Source: a virus
Virus record (IMG/VR): IMGVR_UViG_3300030419_003589
Span: 1 to 64,000 of that record
Strand: one strand, 5' to 3'
Length of the DNA stretch: 64,000 bases
This document shows positions 48,701-56,725 of the stretch, piece after piece. A program made the translations under genes and the position numbers. Under the pieces are notes generated by a model that saw only the letters and a program-made list of their open reading frames with translations, was not told the DNA's origin and did no database searches. Positions within the stretch are counted from its first letter, which is position 1; the number at the start of each line of letters is the position of its first letter.

Positions 48701-50344
48701 GGAACTAGGGCAAGATGTAATCACCGTCGAATAAAAGATCAAGGAGGAGCCGGGGGCGTAGGTGTTATAGGGGCTGTCTGCACAGTTGGGGCGGTTCAAA
48801 GAGTATCTTTTACGACGATGAACAAACTTGGAATGCAGTCGTACTTTTTGAATAAACATTGGTATCCTTCTTGGGGGGGTAATAACTTTGACAGATTCGA
48901 TAAGTTTGGAACTACGGATCTATCCGTTCGTGTATATCAGGCACACGAGCGAGAGAACTTAATATATGACTCAAGGTTCTTTGCTGTTTACCATTTCAAC
49001 GACGGAACATCTCTTCCGAATGATTTCCTGAACCGGAAAGCGAATATAACACTCGTTTATAAAGACATTTACGAGGGTGGCATTGACACCATCGAGGCTG
49101 ACACTGATAATGACGCTCAAGCAGACTGCTTAGTAGGCGTGAAGAGAAGCAAGGTAGACACTCAGTTAGCATCATACGTGGAGTATGAGGACGATTGCAA
49201 GATTAAAGAAGAGTGGGTCATAGCTAAAGCTAAAGACCCTCCAGAACTTTATCATCCGACCAGATATCCATATCCGGCAGAGGCGACCACGCTCCCAGTT
49301 GGAGAGGGGGATCAGGTGTATAAAAACCAAATTTACCGCAGGGGCGATGATAAGTGGGGCAGGTTAATTCCTAAAGAGCATTGGATAATTGATCCAAGAA
49401 GAAGAGGAAAATGTTTGCCCTATAACCATTATAGAGAAGTTTGCCAACTACCGCATTTCTTCTTTGGCCAAGTTATTCTAAAGGGTCCGTTTGTAAAAAT
49501 TGGAAAGGTTTGGGCTAGATCTACTGAGATGGATAATTATGCATCCCTTACAGGTCAATTTGCTTCCGTGCCCGCTCTAGAGACAAAAGATGCGAATGGA
49601 GATCTTGTGCGTAACGATCAAGATATTAGGGACGTTGACCTAGTTTTGACACAACTTGGGCAGGATTATAAGATAGGAGACAGGTTTAAGGTAGAAGGGT
49701 TTGATAACAGTGAGGTCACGGTGATGTCTACCGGCACTCAAGGATGTGTAAACGGCCTGTTTATCAAATTGAAAACAGTTAATGGTAAAATTCCACACAC
49801 GGAATATGTAAAATATGGAACGGATGTTGACCCCAGCGTTCTGATAGACGCAGACTTAGAGTTTAAAGATGTTGTAGATTGTAAGGATTTCAGCGTAGAA
49901 AAAGTGGGGAAAATCACTAGAATTACCAATGGCGCTGCCAAACTTAAGCCCTATAATAAATTCTCTGTTAGCGGAAAGGGTTTTAGTGCATTCGTAACTG
50001 GGGCAACGGTCAGAAATCTATTAATGACAGACCATAAGCCCAAAATAGCCTCAATTAACGATTATTCACAGCTTTCTTTACCGTCCAATAAGGACGACGG
50101 GGGAACAGCGGGGCAAGACTTCCTATTTGGATTTATTCAGTCATCGAATGATTTCATTGCGATGGATGGGGGTGAAAGGATAGTTGACGTTGATGTTGAG
50201 ACAAATCCGTCACCAAGCGGGCTATACGACTGTTTTTTCCATTTTCATAACGATATTTCTCATACTATCTTAAATAATGACACAATTGGTGCTCTTGGGA
50301 ACGTAGGAGACCAGTATGTACAGCTAGAAATCAATCCTGTTTAA
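45740..50344 (+). CDS. Large tail-associated / receptor-binding-like protein (1534 aa)
   Basis: Long intact ORF at the end of the tail block with an AGGAG RBS. No family recognised confidently. Confidence 0.5.
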   Translation: MDNLDRYKADYHEFTNNSEWLKKFNLSTYTTGVLYRWWNSCWMDQGDPNANDVASRGHIGQSVSVRDLYAYELGVDDFASTNQRDAIGSVMAPTNDPSMAVFMNGNRARRGLLQSGIQFEAWRFEDNNKGRFELIEKLVDWTWQDPREEVLWGPFDWDDLQIDEFTQKIVVSPTKDGEEPTLVDAEYEGCDYNAGILGSPYQSLSEIITMNNWVRLKEISMPKVEDWPEKDKARREFIDDIKTSRSGCLSIMCSIAVDVTPDRLELCPITEYFTTNLYLRDTIKPENKAFFALPELKKVGIPKDSTGRPYGSKKDGDLSEPDETKEGDKVVADIDMHFNEYTGTYQSGSKTILAKITKTVGPADGAEDLESLKGSDNEETLDGLNDNYLQMGTGEAMPITMQNGNPYQWTPNYALPADCREGNTDKATVIVYNPDPEKSFSVGKTVLLHEVDGVWMPVEFGSGEDTTFTPQPIFKGRWEIQQFATCMGNFFTTARAPEHPWNSNCNTVDYPFGRRSQLTPIQAEQKFHRKYYYSNDLNNGGPDDPTKYAGKFGGAADDWVSEAITNTAASYCRQVTGFDYLEHTLGGTRSPTKRSIDRTTFGRFANGDMPSEAGGYSPENTVYFGTLFPDGWTATGMDNEEESGPQTLTYEARPYHMKTWGVENEFFYDQGDTDNPVIPAAKNVLPQTLQADSDATAYQDAWKKIIGEDEQGKLRDDKKVGMFYNYADHQSTVLEQMPADYALQCSPSGTYGRPILSLRKLIELDNTTIPANLQEAVQKGFYTKLLDKTVAGTRTLDDIKNLQTLARKNSFYSWLYREPQDGFPEDEAGETTVEYHKSAMDWRPVRASRIQFRPLMYELYANDHGRQIPTSYFPTPYYNRDYIYNYLSFKMDDGLPAWSTQSRLREDKLRDGKLNRIYMENNDSIGSHPVGFGGYGFSPNDGCDTVSRQFYRANGLPFNNDFQQAVLNKYHPTERVHYDLYRCNYAGGTRARCNHRRIKDQGGAGGVGVIGAVCTVGAVQRVSFTTMNKLGMQSYFLNKHWYPSWGGNNFDRFDKFGTTDLSVRVYQAHERENLIYDSRFFAVYHFNDGTSLPNDFLNRKANITLVYKDIYEGGIDTIEADTDNDAQADCLVGVKRSKVDTQLASYVEYEDDCKIKEEWVIAKAKDPPELYHPTRYPYPAEATTLPVGEGDQVYKNQIYRRGDDKWGRLIPKEHWIIDPRRRGKCLPYNHYREVCQLPHFFFGQVILKGPFVKIGKVWARSTEMDNYASLTGQFASVPALETKDANGDLVRNDQDIRDVDLVLTQLGQDYKIGDRFKVEGFDNSEVTVMSTGTQGCVNGLFIKLKTVNGKIPHTEYVKYGTDVDPSVLIDADLEFKDVVDCKDFSVEKVGKITRITNGAAKLKPYNKFSVSGKGFSAFVTGATVRNLLMTDHKPKIASINDYSQLSLPSNKDDGGTAGQDFLFGFIQSSNDFIAMDGGERIVDVDVETNPSPSGLYDCFFHFHNDISHTILNNDTIGALGNVGDQYVQLEINPV

Positions 50345-50365
50345 TTTAACGAAAATCTATTTTAT

Positions 50366-50374
50366 GTGTATAAT
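50366..50374 (+). promoter_or_regulatory. Putative late-promoter motif GTGTATAAT
   Basis: Intergenic, upstream of the AAGGAG RBS of ORF 50400; identical to the motif at 4044. Confidence 0.55.
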
Positions 50375-50399
50375 ATAACAACTAGAAGGAGAACTTTTT

Positions 50400-51185
50400 A
50401 TGGCTACCATTACATTTCACGCGAATGGTCACAAGACGCAGTATTCCACTGCGTTTAATACAGACCCCTCGCTTATAGAACACACCAAAGGCTCTGGAAT
50501 TGGGTTCTACGGGGCAGGTTTTGGCCTGTCAGTCCCTGTAGGTCAGTACCAAGAATCCAGCTATGTCACCAATGGTGATGGCACAACTAGTGGTGTAAAG
50601 CTTAATAATACGCAATTTCAGTCTGCCAGCGGGATAAAAGCCAATGGCGTTGCTGTGACAGCAGAAACTTCAGGTATTCCAAACTGGTACGCACCTTTAA
50701 ACATTAGGTTTGTACACGACGAAGCTGTCGCCACCCAGAATTGTAAGCTCAGAATCTTCGATAGAGCCAGTATCGCTCAACACGCTAGTGGTGTAACCAC
50801 GAAGGTACTAGAAGTTAGGCATCCTCACCCGACAGAAGTTCATGCTATTGGCCCTGCTAATGCTGCCGGAAGCGGATCTTTGGCTCATAGAGGTATTGAT
50901 AACTTTAGCTGGTTTGAATTTGACCCCGGAGATGGCGGCACTCCTCCTGATATGACCTTCACAGCCTCGCCGGGAATGAGCGGTCTAAATACGGTTGATG
51001 GAGACCCTCTACCTTCAGCGAACTACACGGGTGGTGGAGCTGATGGGTATTTAAACTGGAAAACCAAAGAGGGTGCAGCCCATAGATCTACTAGACATGA
51101 TTGGTATTTGGCACTTAGTGCATCTCCTCAGTCTATTGGTAGCAAGACGGACTATGGCTTATATTTTACTCTAGAGTATCTATAG
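50400..51185 (+). CDS. Virion structural protein (261 aa), SG-rich
   Basis: Has its own putative promoter and is followed by a terminator. G/S/T-rich beta sequence with about 7 SG. Confidence 0.55.
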   Translation: MATITFHANGHKTQYSTAFNTDPSLIEHTKGSGIGFYGAGFGLSVPVGQYQESSYVTNGDGTTSGVKLNNTQFQSASGIKANGVAVTAETSGIPNWYAPLNIRFVHDEAVATQNCKLRIFDRASIAQHASGVTTKVLEVRHPHPTEVHAIGPANAAGSGSLAHRGIDNFSWFEFDPGDGGTPPDMTFTASPGMSGLNTVDGDPLPSANYTGGGADGYLNWKTKEGAAHRSTRHDWYLALSASPQSIGSKTDYGLYFTLEYL

Positions 51186-51212
51186 ACTGAAGAATAGATT
51201 ATCGTTAGATTT

Positions 51213-51241
51213 AGGGGGTGGCTTTTGCTACCCCCTTTTTT
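51213..51241 (+). terminator. Rho-independent terminator of the structural operon
   Basis: AGGGGGTGGC-TTTT-GCTACCCCCT stem (one G.U pair in the + sense) followed by a T-run. Confidence 0.9.
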
Positions 51242-51253
51242 CTGTTTATAGGT

Positions 51254-51289
51254 AAATAAAAAAGTGAGGGGCGGCTTTCGCCACCCCTC
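51254..51289 (-). terminator. Rho-independent terminator of the minus-strand operon
   Basis: On the - strand: GAGGGGTGGC-GAAA-GCCGCCCCTC (G.U pair, GNRA loop) then ACTTTTTTATTT. Confidence 0.9.
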
Positions 51290-51301
51290 TTTTGAGCCTC
51301 C

Positions 51302-51634
51302 TTATTCGTTCTTTTCAGTTTTGGGATTCCACTTGACCCAACCTCTGTCGGGCAACCAGTTTTCGCCGTCTTTCCTCTTCGGAAATAAGCCACCTCCCTT
51401 CTTATGAGAACCAAAGGACAACCTTGCTCCGCAATCTCCGCAGCGAAGTTCATAATACAAGTTGTCATCGACATTTCGCACTACGAACCGGATATTATCG
51501 GAGCCGCATTTTCCACACTTTTCTTCCTCAAAGACTTCTTGAAATTTAGAAATCTGCTGGAAGATGTCTCTCTGTGAGTCGCCTTCTAGCTCTACGCTAA
51601 TACGACCACTCTTTGTTTTGTAATTAACCTTCAT
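51302..51634 (-). CDS. Zinc-ribbon protein
   Basis: CGKCG...CGDCG. Start refined to the ATG at 51634 (TAATG overlap). Confidence 0.7.
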   Translation of the reverse strand: MKVNYKTKSGRISVELEGDSQRDIFQQISKFQEVFEEEKCGKCGSDNIRFVVRNVDDNLYYELRCGDCGARLSFGSHKKGGGLFPKRKDGENWLPDRGWVKWNPKTEKNE

Positions 51635-52395
51635 TAATTTCTCCAATCGCTTAAATAAGCAGTTATAGAATCTGGAATTAGACTTTTATCTTGTTGAAAG
51701 TCGTTGAGTTTCTGGATAGCGGCACTTGCTTGACCTTTATCCACTTTGCGCTTGACGTTTACATCGAATACCTCCTTAAAGAAATCTGCAACGCTTAAAT
51801 CTAACTGCTTACACTTAACATCAATAAAATTGGCTTGTGGGTCAGTCATTCGCTGTGAGTCGTCATACTCACCCTCCGTTGCTACTTGTTTGGTTTGGCT
51901 AATACTGCGCACAATACTGGCAGTGTTCTTCTTGGTCATTTCTTCAGCGGCCACAGTCTTGAGTCTAAGGGCTTTTCTTAAAGCACGCCCTTCAGCTCTG
52001 GTTGCTGCTGTAGCGGTGTTAAACACGCAAAATGCGTCGTCTGTATTGCCCTCCCAACAGTCTGCTACGTCACTAAATAAAGAACCATCTTCAAATACTA
52101 CTTCCCACACAACGGTAGCCCTGCCAATTTCATCTCCACTCTGAGGGGGAAATATTTGGGTAGGCCTACTGCTTCTAATTCTCCCCAGCAGAAGTTCAGC
52201 TACTCTACGGAGTCCTGCACATAAGGGTCTACCTTCGTACAATTCTCTCTCGTCAAATAAACTTAAAACGTACTCGTTCCACTCTGGAGAAGTGGGATCT
52301 ATTCCATCTGTAGTCACAATCCTGTCCTTTACGCTAGTATCAACATTTTCTGGTGTTTCAAGAGCAACGCCCTCAAATAAATCATCATTAACCAT
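51634..52395 (-). CDS. Putative single-strand annealing protein (Rad52/Sak-like fold)
   Basis: ATVVWEVVFEDG..SDVADC..ATAATRAEGRALRKALRL..AAEEM core and a small helical C-terminal domain (MTDPQANFI). Confidence 0.55.
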   Translation of the reverse strand: MVNDDLFEGVALETPENVDTSVKDRIVTTDGIDPTSPEWNEYVLSLFDERELYEGRPLCAGLRRVAELLLGRIRSSRPTQIFPPQSGDEIGRATVVWEVVFEDGSLFSDVADCWEGNTDDAFCVFNTATAATRAEGRALRKALRLKTVAAEEMTKKNTASIVRSISQTKQVATEGEYDDSQRMTDPQANFIDVKCKQLDLSVADFFKEVFDVNVKRKVDKGQASAAIQKLNDFQQDKSLIPDSITAYLSDWRN

Positions 52396-53159
52396 TATTC
52401 AACCTCTATAAAGCGTTTTGATTTAGGCGGAAACTTGTTACTGATTTTATTTAGAAGTGCAATGACTTCCTCAGCAAGTTGTTCCCGCTTACTCAAAGAT
52501 TCCTGTCCCAGTGATTTTACGCGAATCACTGCATATCCTTTACTCAAAAGGGCTCCACTTTTTCTCAGGTCGGCGTTAATTTGCTTTTGAAGCTTGTCTT
52601 CGCCCCATATTGGGAGAAAGTGACTAGGCCCGTCTACTTCTATAATAGTCTTCAAATCCGGAATATACAAATCAATTTCTAGATTTTCTGCTGGTATTAT
52701 TACTTGATGCATTCTGACTGAGTATCCAGCGCCATGCAATCTTTCCTGCAAGAACTTTTCCAGCTTTGATCCTTCCTTGGCAGACCTCTGTATCGCCTGC
52801 ACCCTTTTTTGTTTCATACTTTCTTTTTGTGTTGCTGACATTCCATTCCATCTGTCTCTAGCCTGTTCAGATCTTTTCTTTCTCTCCTTATCGCTCATCT
52901 CTTCCCAATAGGAAGATAATCCAGAGCTGATCTTTACCTTCTCTGCCAGAGTTCTGGTTTTGCCCTTCGTCGGGTGATCTCTTCTTCCGCTTTTCAGCGC
53001 GTTTGACTGGGCTGAACTTTTCGACTTTAATTCGTGCCCATGCTTCTTCAGAGTCCTTCTTACTTTATTAGGGTACGTATCTAGCAACTCCGCTATTTGA
53101 TATGTACTCATATTCTGCTTGTTGTACATTTTTATAACTTTTTTCTCAAAATCGTTCAT
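52395..53159 (-). CDS. Homing-endonuclease-like protein (N-terminal HTH, NUMOD3-like basic helices, DUF559/Vsr-like PD-(D/E)xK domain)
   Basis: MSTYQIAELLDTYPNKVRRTL; KGKTRTLAEKVKIS; SKLEKFL..EIDLYIPDLKTIIEVDGPSHF. Confidence 0.7.
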   Translation of the reverse strand: MNDFEKKVIKMYNKQNMSTYQIAELLDTYPNKVRRTLKKHGHELKSKSSAQSNALKSGRRDHPTKGKTRTLAEKVKISSGLSSYWEEMSDKERKKRSEQARDRWNGMSATQKESMKQKRVQAIQRSAKEGSKLEKFLQERLHGAGYSVRMHQVIIPAENLEIDLYIPDLKTIIEVDGPSHFLPIWGEDKLQKQINADLRKSGALLSKGYAVIRVKSLGQESLSKREQLAEEVIALLNKISNKFPPKSKRFIEVE

Positions 53160-53593
53160 TATAGTACCTCTGAAAAACTTTTAACGGTAAAATCTTCTAG
53201 TAGTTTTGGCTTCTTTCCGGTTACACGATATACGTATTTTTGATCTTCGGCATTCTCTGTAATAATTTCAATCTTATTAGAGACATCTATCAGAGACATA
53301 ACGTCTACTTCATCTTCATTGTATAAATAGTACAACTCAAACTTATTGGTAGCCTCAAGTGCGTGACGGGTTGCATCCAGTGTAGTAGTCACCAGATTTC
53401 CGGTGAAGTACCATATATCTGTAGAATTAAACATGCCAAAGTCTGTCTTGATTGGATTGTAGTCTATGTTGTCGTAGAACAAAGATGCGTCATCAAGTTC
53501 TCCGTTTTTTAGACCGGCATTTAACGCAGAAAAGATCTTTTGGTTGCTGCCTTTTTCGGGACTCATAGACCCCACGTAAAACCCTAGGTTCAT
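53159..53593 (-). CDS. Hypothetical protein
   Basis: Start refined to MNLGFYV (ATGA overlap with the fcl stop, AAGGAG RBS). No family recognised. Confidence 0.6.
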   Translation of the reverse strand: MNLGFYVGSMSPEKGSNQKIFSALNAGLKNGELDDASLFYDNIDYNPIKTDFGMFNSTDIWYFTGNLVTTTLDATRHALEATNKFELYYLYNEDEVDVMSLIDVSNKIEIITENAEDQKYVYRVTGKKPKLLEDFTVKSFSEVL

Positions 53594-54537
53594 TTCTTTT
53601 GCTCCTTTAAGAACCACTCTATGGTTCGCTGAAGTCCTGTTTGTAAATCTGTTTTGGCTTTAAAGCCTAATTTTTCTTTTGCCTTACTCACGTCTAAACA
53701 GCGTCTTGGTTGACCATCGGGCTTAGACGTATCATAAAGTATATCCCCTTCAAATCCCATCTGCTCCGCTATTTCGGTAGCGAGGTTCCCAATGGTAATC
53801 TCACTCCCACTTCCAATGTTGATAGGCTCCGGACCAATGTCATTTTGAATAGCTAGAGCTATTGCTTCACAGCAGTCTGGGGCATATAAGAACTCTCTGG
53901 AAACCGTACCCGTCCCCCAAAGGGTAACCTCACGCTTATGATCCCTCATTGCATTATAAAACTTTAAAATAAGGGCTGGTATAACATGGCTACTAGTTAA
54001 ATTAAAATGATCGTATGGGCCATACATGTTTACAGGAATAAGGTTTACACCATTCATTCCGTACTGCTCATGATATGTACTCAAGAGCTTCATTAACGCT
54101 TTCTTTGCGATGCCATACGGGGCATTTGTTTCTTCTGGGTATCCATTCCACAGCTCTTCTTCTTTGAAGGGAACTGGTGTAAATTTAGGATACGCACAGA
54201 CTGTACCTAGTAGTATAAATTTTATGGGCTTATATTTATCGCTATACAATCTAGCCCGCTCTATCATATTAGCACCCATAACTAAGTTCTCATACATGAA
54301 CTTTCCGGGATTTTCTTGGTTTGCACCAATCCCGCCCACGCTTCCGGCGGCATGAACTATCACATCTGGTTGATAATATTCAATAGCCTTCCTGCACGCC
54401 TGTTGGCACCGTAAGTCGTACGGATCAGATCCGATTGATCTTATCAGTAGTTCTGTATGTTCAGAGAGAAATTTAGGTAGATGTTTGCCGATGTTCCTAC
54501 CTAAAAATCCCGTCCCCCCAGTAACTAATACTTTCAT
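53590..54537 (-). CDS. fcl: GDP-L-fucose synthase
   Basis: MKVLVTGGTGFLG, HAAGSVGGIGANQENPGKFMYENL, YGIAKK, NMYGPYDHF..SSHVIPALI, WGTGTVSREFLY, KPDGQPRRCLDVS. Start refined to 54537. Confidence 0.92.
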   Translation of the reverse strand: MKVLVTGGTGFLGRNIGKHLPKFLSEHTELLIRSIGSDPYDLRCQQACRKAIEYYQPDVIVHAAGSVGGIGANQENPGKFMYENLVMGANMIERARLYSDKYKPIKFILLGTVCAYPKFTPVPFKEEELWNGYPEETNAPYGIAKKALMKLLSTYHEQYGMNGVNLIPVNMYGPYDHFNLTSSHVIPALILKFYNAMRDHKREVTLWGTGTVSREFLYAPDCCEAIALAIQNDIGPEPINIGSGSEITIGNLATEIAEQMGFEGDILYDTSKPDGQPRRCLDVSKAKEKLGFKAKTDLQTGLQRTIEWFLKEQKK

Positions 54538-54553
54538 AGTAGATTTGTTTCCT

Positions 54554-54919
54554 TTAGATCCAAGTTGTTGTTTTTGGAGGAGTGTTATCATCTGAATCAA
54601 CTTCTGAATCGACTTCTGGAGTTGGCTCTGGAGTTGGCTCTGGGGCTGGAGAATATACTGATGGATTATCTACTCTATCTACAATATCTTTGAGGGATGA
54701 GAAGACTACAACATCTGAACCGAAACTGTACTCTTTGTATCTTCTAGCGTCTGCAAGGGGTAGCGCCCTGTAGTTGCCCACCACTTCTCGGAATTTGTTC
54801 TTACTTTCGCCCTTGTAGGCAATAACGTCCAAATCTCCAAGATGAAGATTGGCTTCCTCTGGGGTAACAACCAAGACAGCATTGTCTCCGGATAGGTATT
54901 TGTCTAGTTTTTCACTCAT
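54554..54919 (-). CDS. Hypothetical protein with a Pro/Thr/Glu-rich C-terminal tail
   Basis: PAPEPTPEPTPEVDSEVDSDD; short DNA tandem repeats at about 54590-54645. Confidence 0.6.
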   Translation of the reverse strand: MSEKLDKYLSGDNAVLVVTPEEANLHLGDLDVIAYKGESKNKFREVVGNYRALPLADARRYKEYSFGSDVVVFSSLKDIVDRVDNPSVYSPAPEPTPEPTPEVDSEVDSDDNTPPKTTTWI

Positions 54920-55308
54920 TCTTTGTTCTCCTTTATTATTTGTAAGAATTGATCGTAATCTTTTATATATTCTTTATCGTCATGCTCTTCGGAGCATAAG
55001 ACTAGAAGTATATCATTTCCAGTGAGGTATTTTTGGTATCCCCACGTCAGTGTGTCCATGAAAACAGCATCCCCCTCTTTTAATATGAACTCAGAAAAGG
55101 TAGAATTGCCTCTGTCGAGCGTGGCGTGGATTCTTCCCTTGACGCAAACAAGAAGTTGTTTATCTCTCAAGTGTGCGTGATGGCCACGAACGTCCCCTTT
55201 TGGAACATCAGTAACATAGAAAAATCTTTTAGGCTGAAAGTCCGAGAATTTGTTGAGCGCAAATAGGCTTCCATTCTCTCCTTTAAACGCCTTTAAACTT
55301 TTTAGCAT
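54916..55308 (-). CDS. FdtA/QdtA-family cupin, dTDP-4-keto-6-deoxyhexose 3,4-ketoisomerase
   Basis: KRFFYVTDVPKGDVRGHHAH..QLLVCVKG..LLVLCSEEHDDKEYIKDY. Confidence 0.85.
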   Translation of the reverse strand: MLKSLKAFKGENGSLFALNKFSDFQPKRFFYVTDVPKGDVRGHHAHLRDKQLLVCVKGRIHATLDRGNSTFSEFILKEGDAVFMDTLTWGYQKYLTGNDILLVLCSEEHDDKEYIKDYDQFLQIIKENKE

Positions 55309-56203
55309 AGTGTATTACTTTTTCAACCTCCTTAAAAGTAAGTTCCTCGTGGAACGGTAGGCTAGCGGTTGTTGTCGATGTTTTTTCAGATTTAGTCAAA
55401 TCAGCGTGTGTAACTTCATAAGGCCTGAAGGCCTTTCCGTGACAGTGCTCATAATGAATACCGCATCCAATTTCTTCTTCCAGCATCTTAGCCAAAAAAC
55501 TATGGTTGTGTTTGACTTCGATTCTGTAGAGATGTCTACTTTTATTATTATAGCCGAAAGCAGAGTTATATACAGAATTAATTTTCTCTAAAACCTCATT
55601 TTTCTCATCTAATTTTTTCAGGTTTTCGTTTGCTACATGGGCCTGAAAAGATGTCCAGTGCATCTTGTATCCTGCTTTGATATGCTTTCTGTTCCAGCTA
55701 TCCTTATCTAAAAAGGTGCCGTTCATTGTCATAAGTTTAAAGTAATCAATTTTATCCTTATTATTAGATACCACGATTCCTCCGTCGCAACCGCTTACAG
55801 GTTTTGTAGGGTAAAAACTAAATACCATAATTGCATCGTCTTTGCCCAAATCCGCGTATTGGTTTTTGGTAACTTCTTGGGCGGAATCAAATATATCGTC
55901 ATGTAAATGATAGCAGCTCCCCACCCATTTCTCATCATTATAGAATCTTATTTTATGCCCCGCGTTAGCCACCATGTTGGGTACAACTACAGGGATAGTA
56001 CTCGGAACTTGAATTACCTGAGATTCAAATCTTTTGAGAGCAAGATATAACAGACTTGAGGCACTGTTTGCGGTGCAGGCATACTTTGCCCCCACGTATT
56101 CAGCAAAGTTTTCCTCGAATTTCCCAACAATGCTTCCGTGGAGCAAATGTGAAAATTCTGAAGTGTCAATTCTATGGTTGGGGATATTAAATAATTGTAT
56201 CAT
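55283..56203 (-). CDS. DegT/DnrJ/EryC1/StrS-family PLP-dependent sugar aminotransferase
   Basis: FEENFAEYVGAKYA..NSASSLL, DSAQ, FSFYPTKPVSGCDGG (PLP lysine), GIHY, SLPFH. Confidence 0.9.
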   Translation of the reverse strand: MIQLFNIPNHRIDTSEFSHLLHGSIVGKFEENFAEYVGAKYACTANSASSLLYLALKRFESQVIQVPSTIPVVVPNMVANAGHKIRFYNDEKWVGSCYHLHDDIFDSAQEVTKNQYADLGKDDAIMVFSFYPTKPVSGCDGGIVVSNNKDKIDYFKLMTMNGTFLDKDSWNRKHIKAGYKMHWTSFQAHVANENLKKLDEKNEVLEKINSVYNSAFGYNNKSRHLYRIEVKHNHSFLAKMLEEEIGCGIHYEHCHGKAFRPYEVTHADLTKSEKTSTTTASLPFHEELTFKEVEKVIHYAKKFKGV

Positions 56204-56724
56204 TTTATTTTAAACTGAAACATTTTTCCACAGGAACCTACATGCTCTAACATGTCTCTAATAGACTGGTATTCCTCCCTTTCAAAGTCATGGACAAAGA
56301 TATGAGAGTTCTCGTGGCATAGTTCATTACAAATTTTAGCGCACTCAACTCTAGCTCTCCCGTCAATTATAACAACATCATAGGGAGCCCCCTTTAGGGC
56401 TGATTTAATGTATGTTTCAAACTCTTCGTAACTCCCGTCGTTACCTTCGCTACGCTGGTTCTCATGTGGCCCTTCTATGTAGTCTAGATCGGGTTCCGCC
56501 AGTATAAGCTCTACATTCTCTGGAAGCGCTGGTTTTAACTCATCGTACCAAGCCTTCTGGTGCTCTACGGAAACTACCGACTTGGCAATCTCAGACAATT
56601 TAACTGTAGATCTTCCTGAGCCATACTCTAGTACTCGGCTTTCTTTATTTATAAACCAATGAACAAACTCGTGTTCTGCCTGTTCTGTTATTGCCGACCC
56701 GTGCTCATATTTACTACTTAACAT
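56200..56724 (-). CDS. Class I SAM-dependent methyltransferase
   Basis: VLEYGSGRST, VVSVEHQKAW, DVVIIDGRAR, IFVHDF. Confidence 0.8.
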   Translation of the reverse strand: MLSSKYEHGSAITEQAEHEFVHWFINKESRVLEYGSGRSTVKLSEIAKSVVSVEHQKAWYDELKPALPENVELILAEPDLDYIEGPHENQRSEGNDGSYEEFETYIKSALKGAPYDVVIIDGRARVECAKICNELCHENSHIFVHDFEREEYQSIRDMLEHVGSCGKMFQFKIK

Positions 56725-56725
56725 A

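Noticed and set aside
6196-49941. Many 60-160 aa alternative-frame and antisense ORFs inside the large genes
   Set aside because: Fully nested, with no RBS or coupling pattern and composition mirroring the main frame; treated as shadows.
14152-50344. Contractile tail or extracellular contractile injection system
   Set aside because: No sheath, baseplate wedge or PAAR-like gene is recognisable.
51211-51474. 87-aa minus-strand ORF in the track
   Set aside because: Overlaps the Zn-ribbon gene in another frame and runs through both terminators; a shadow ORF.
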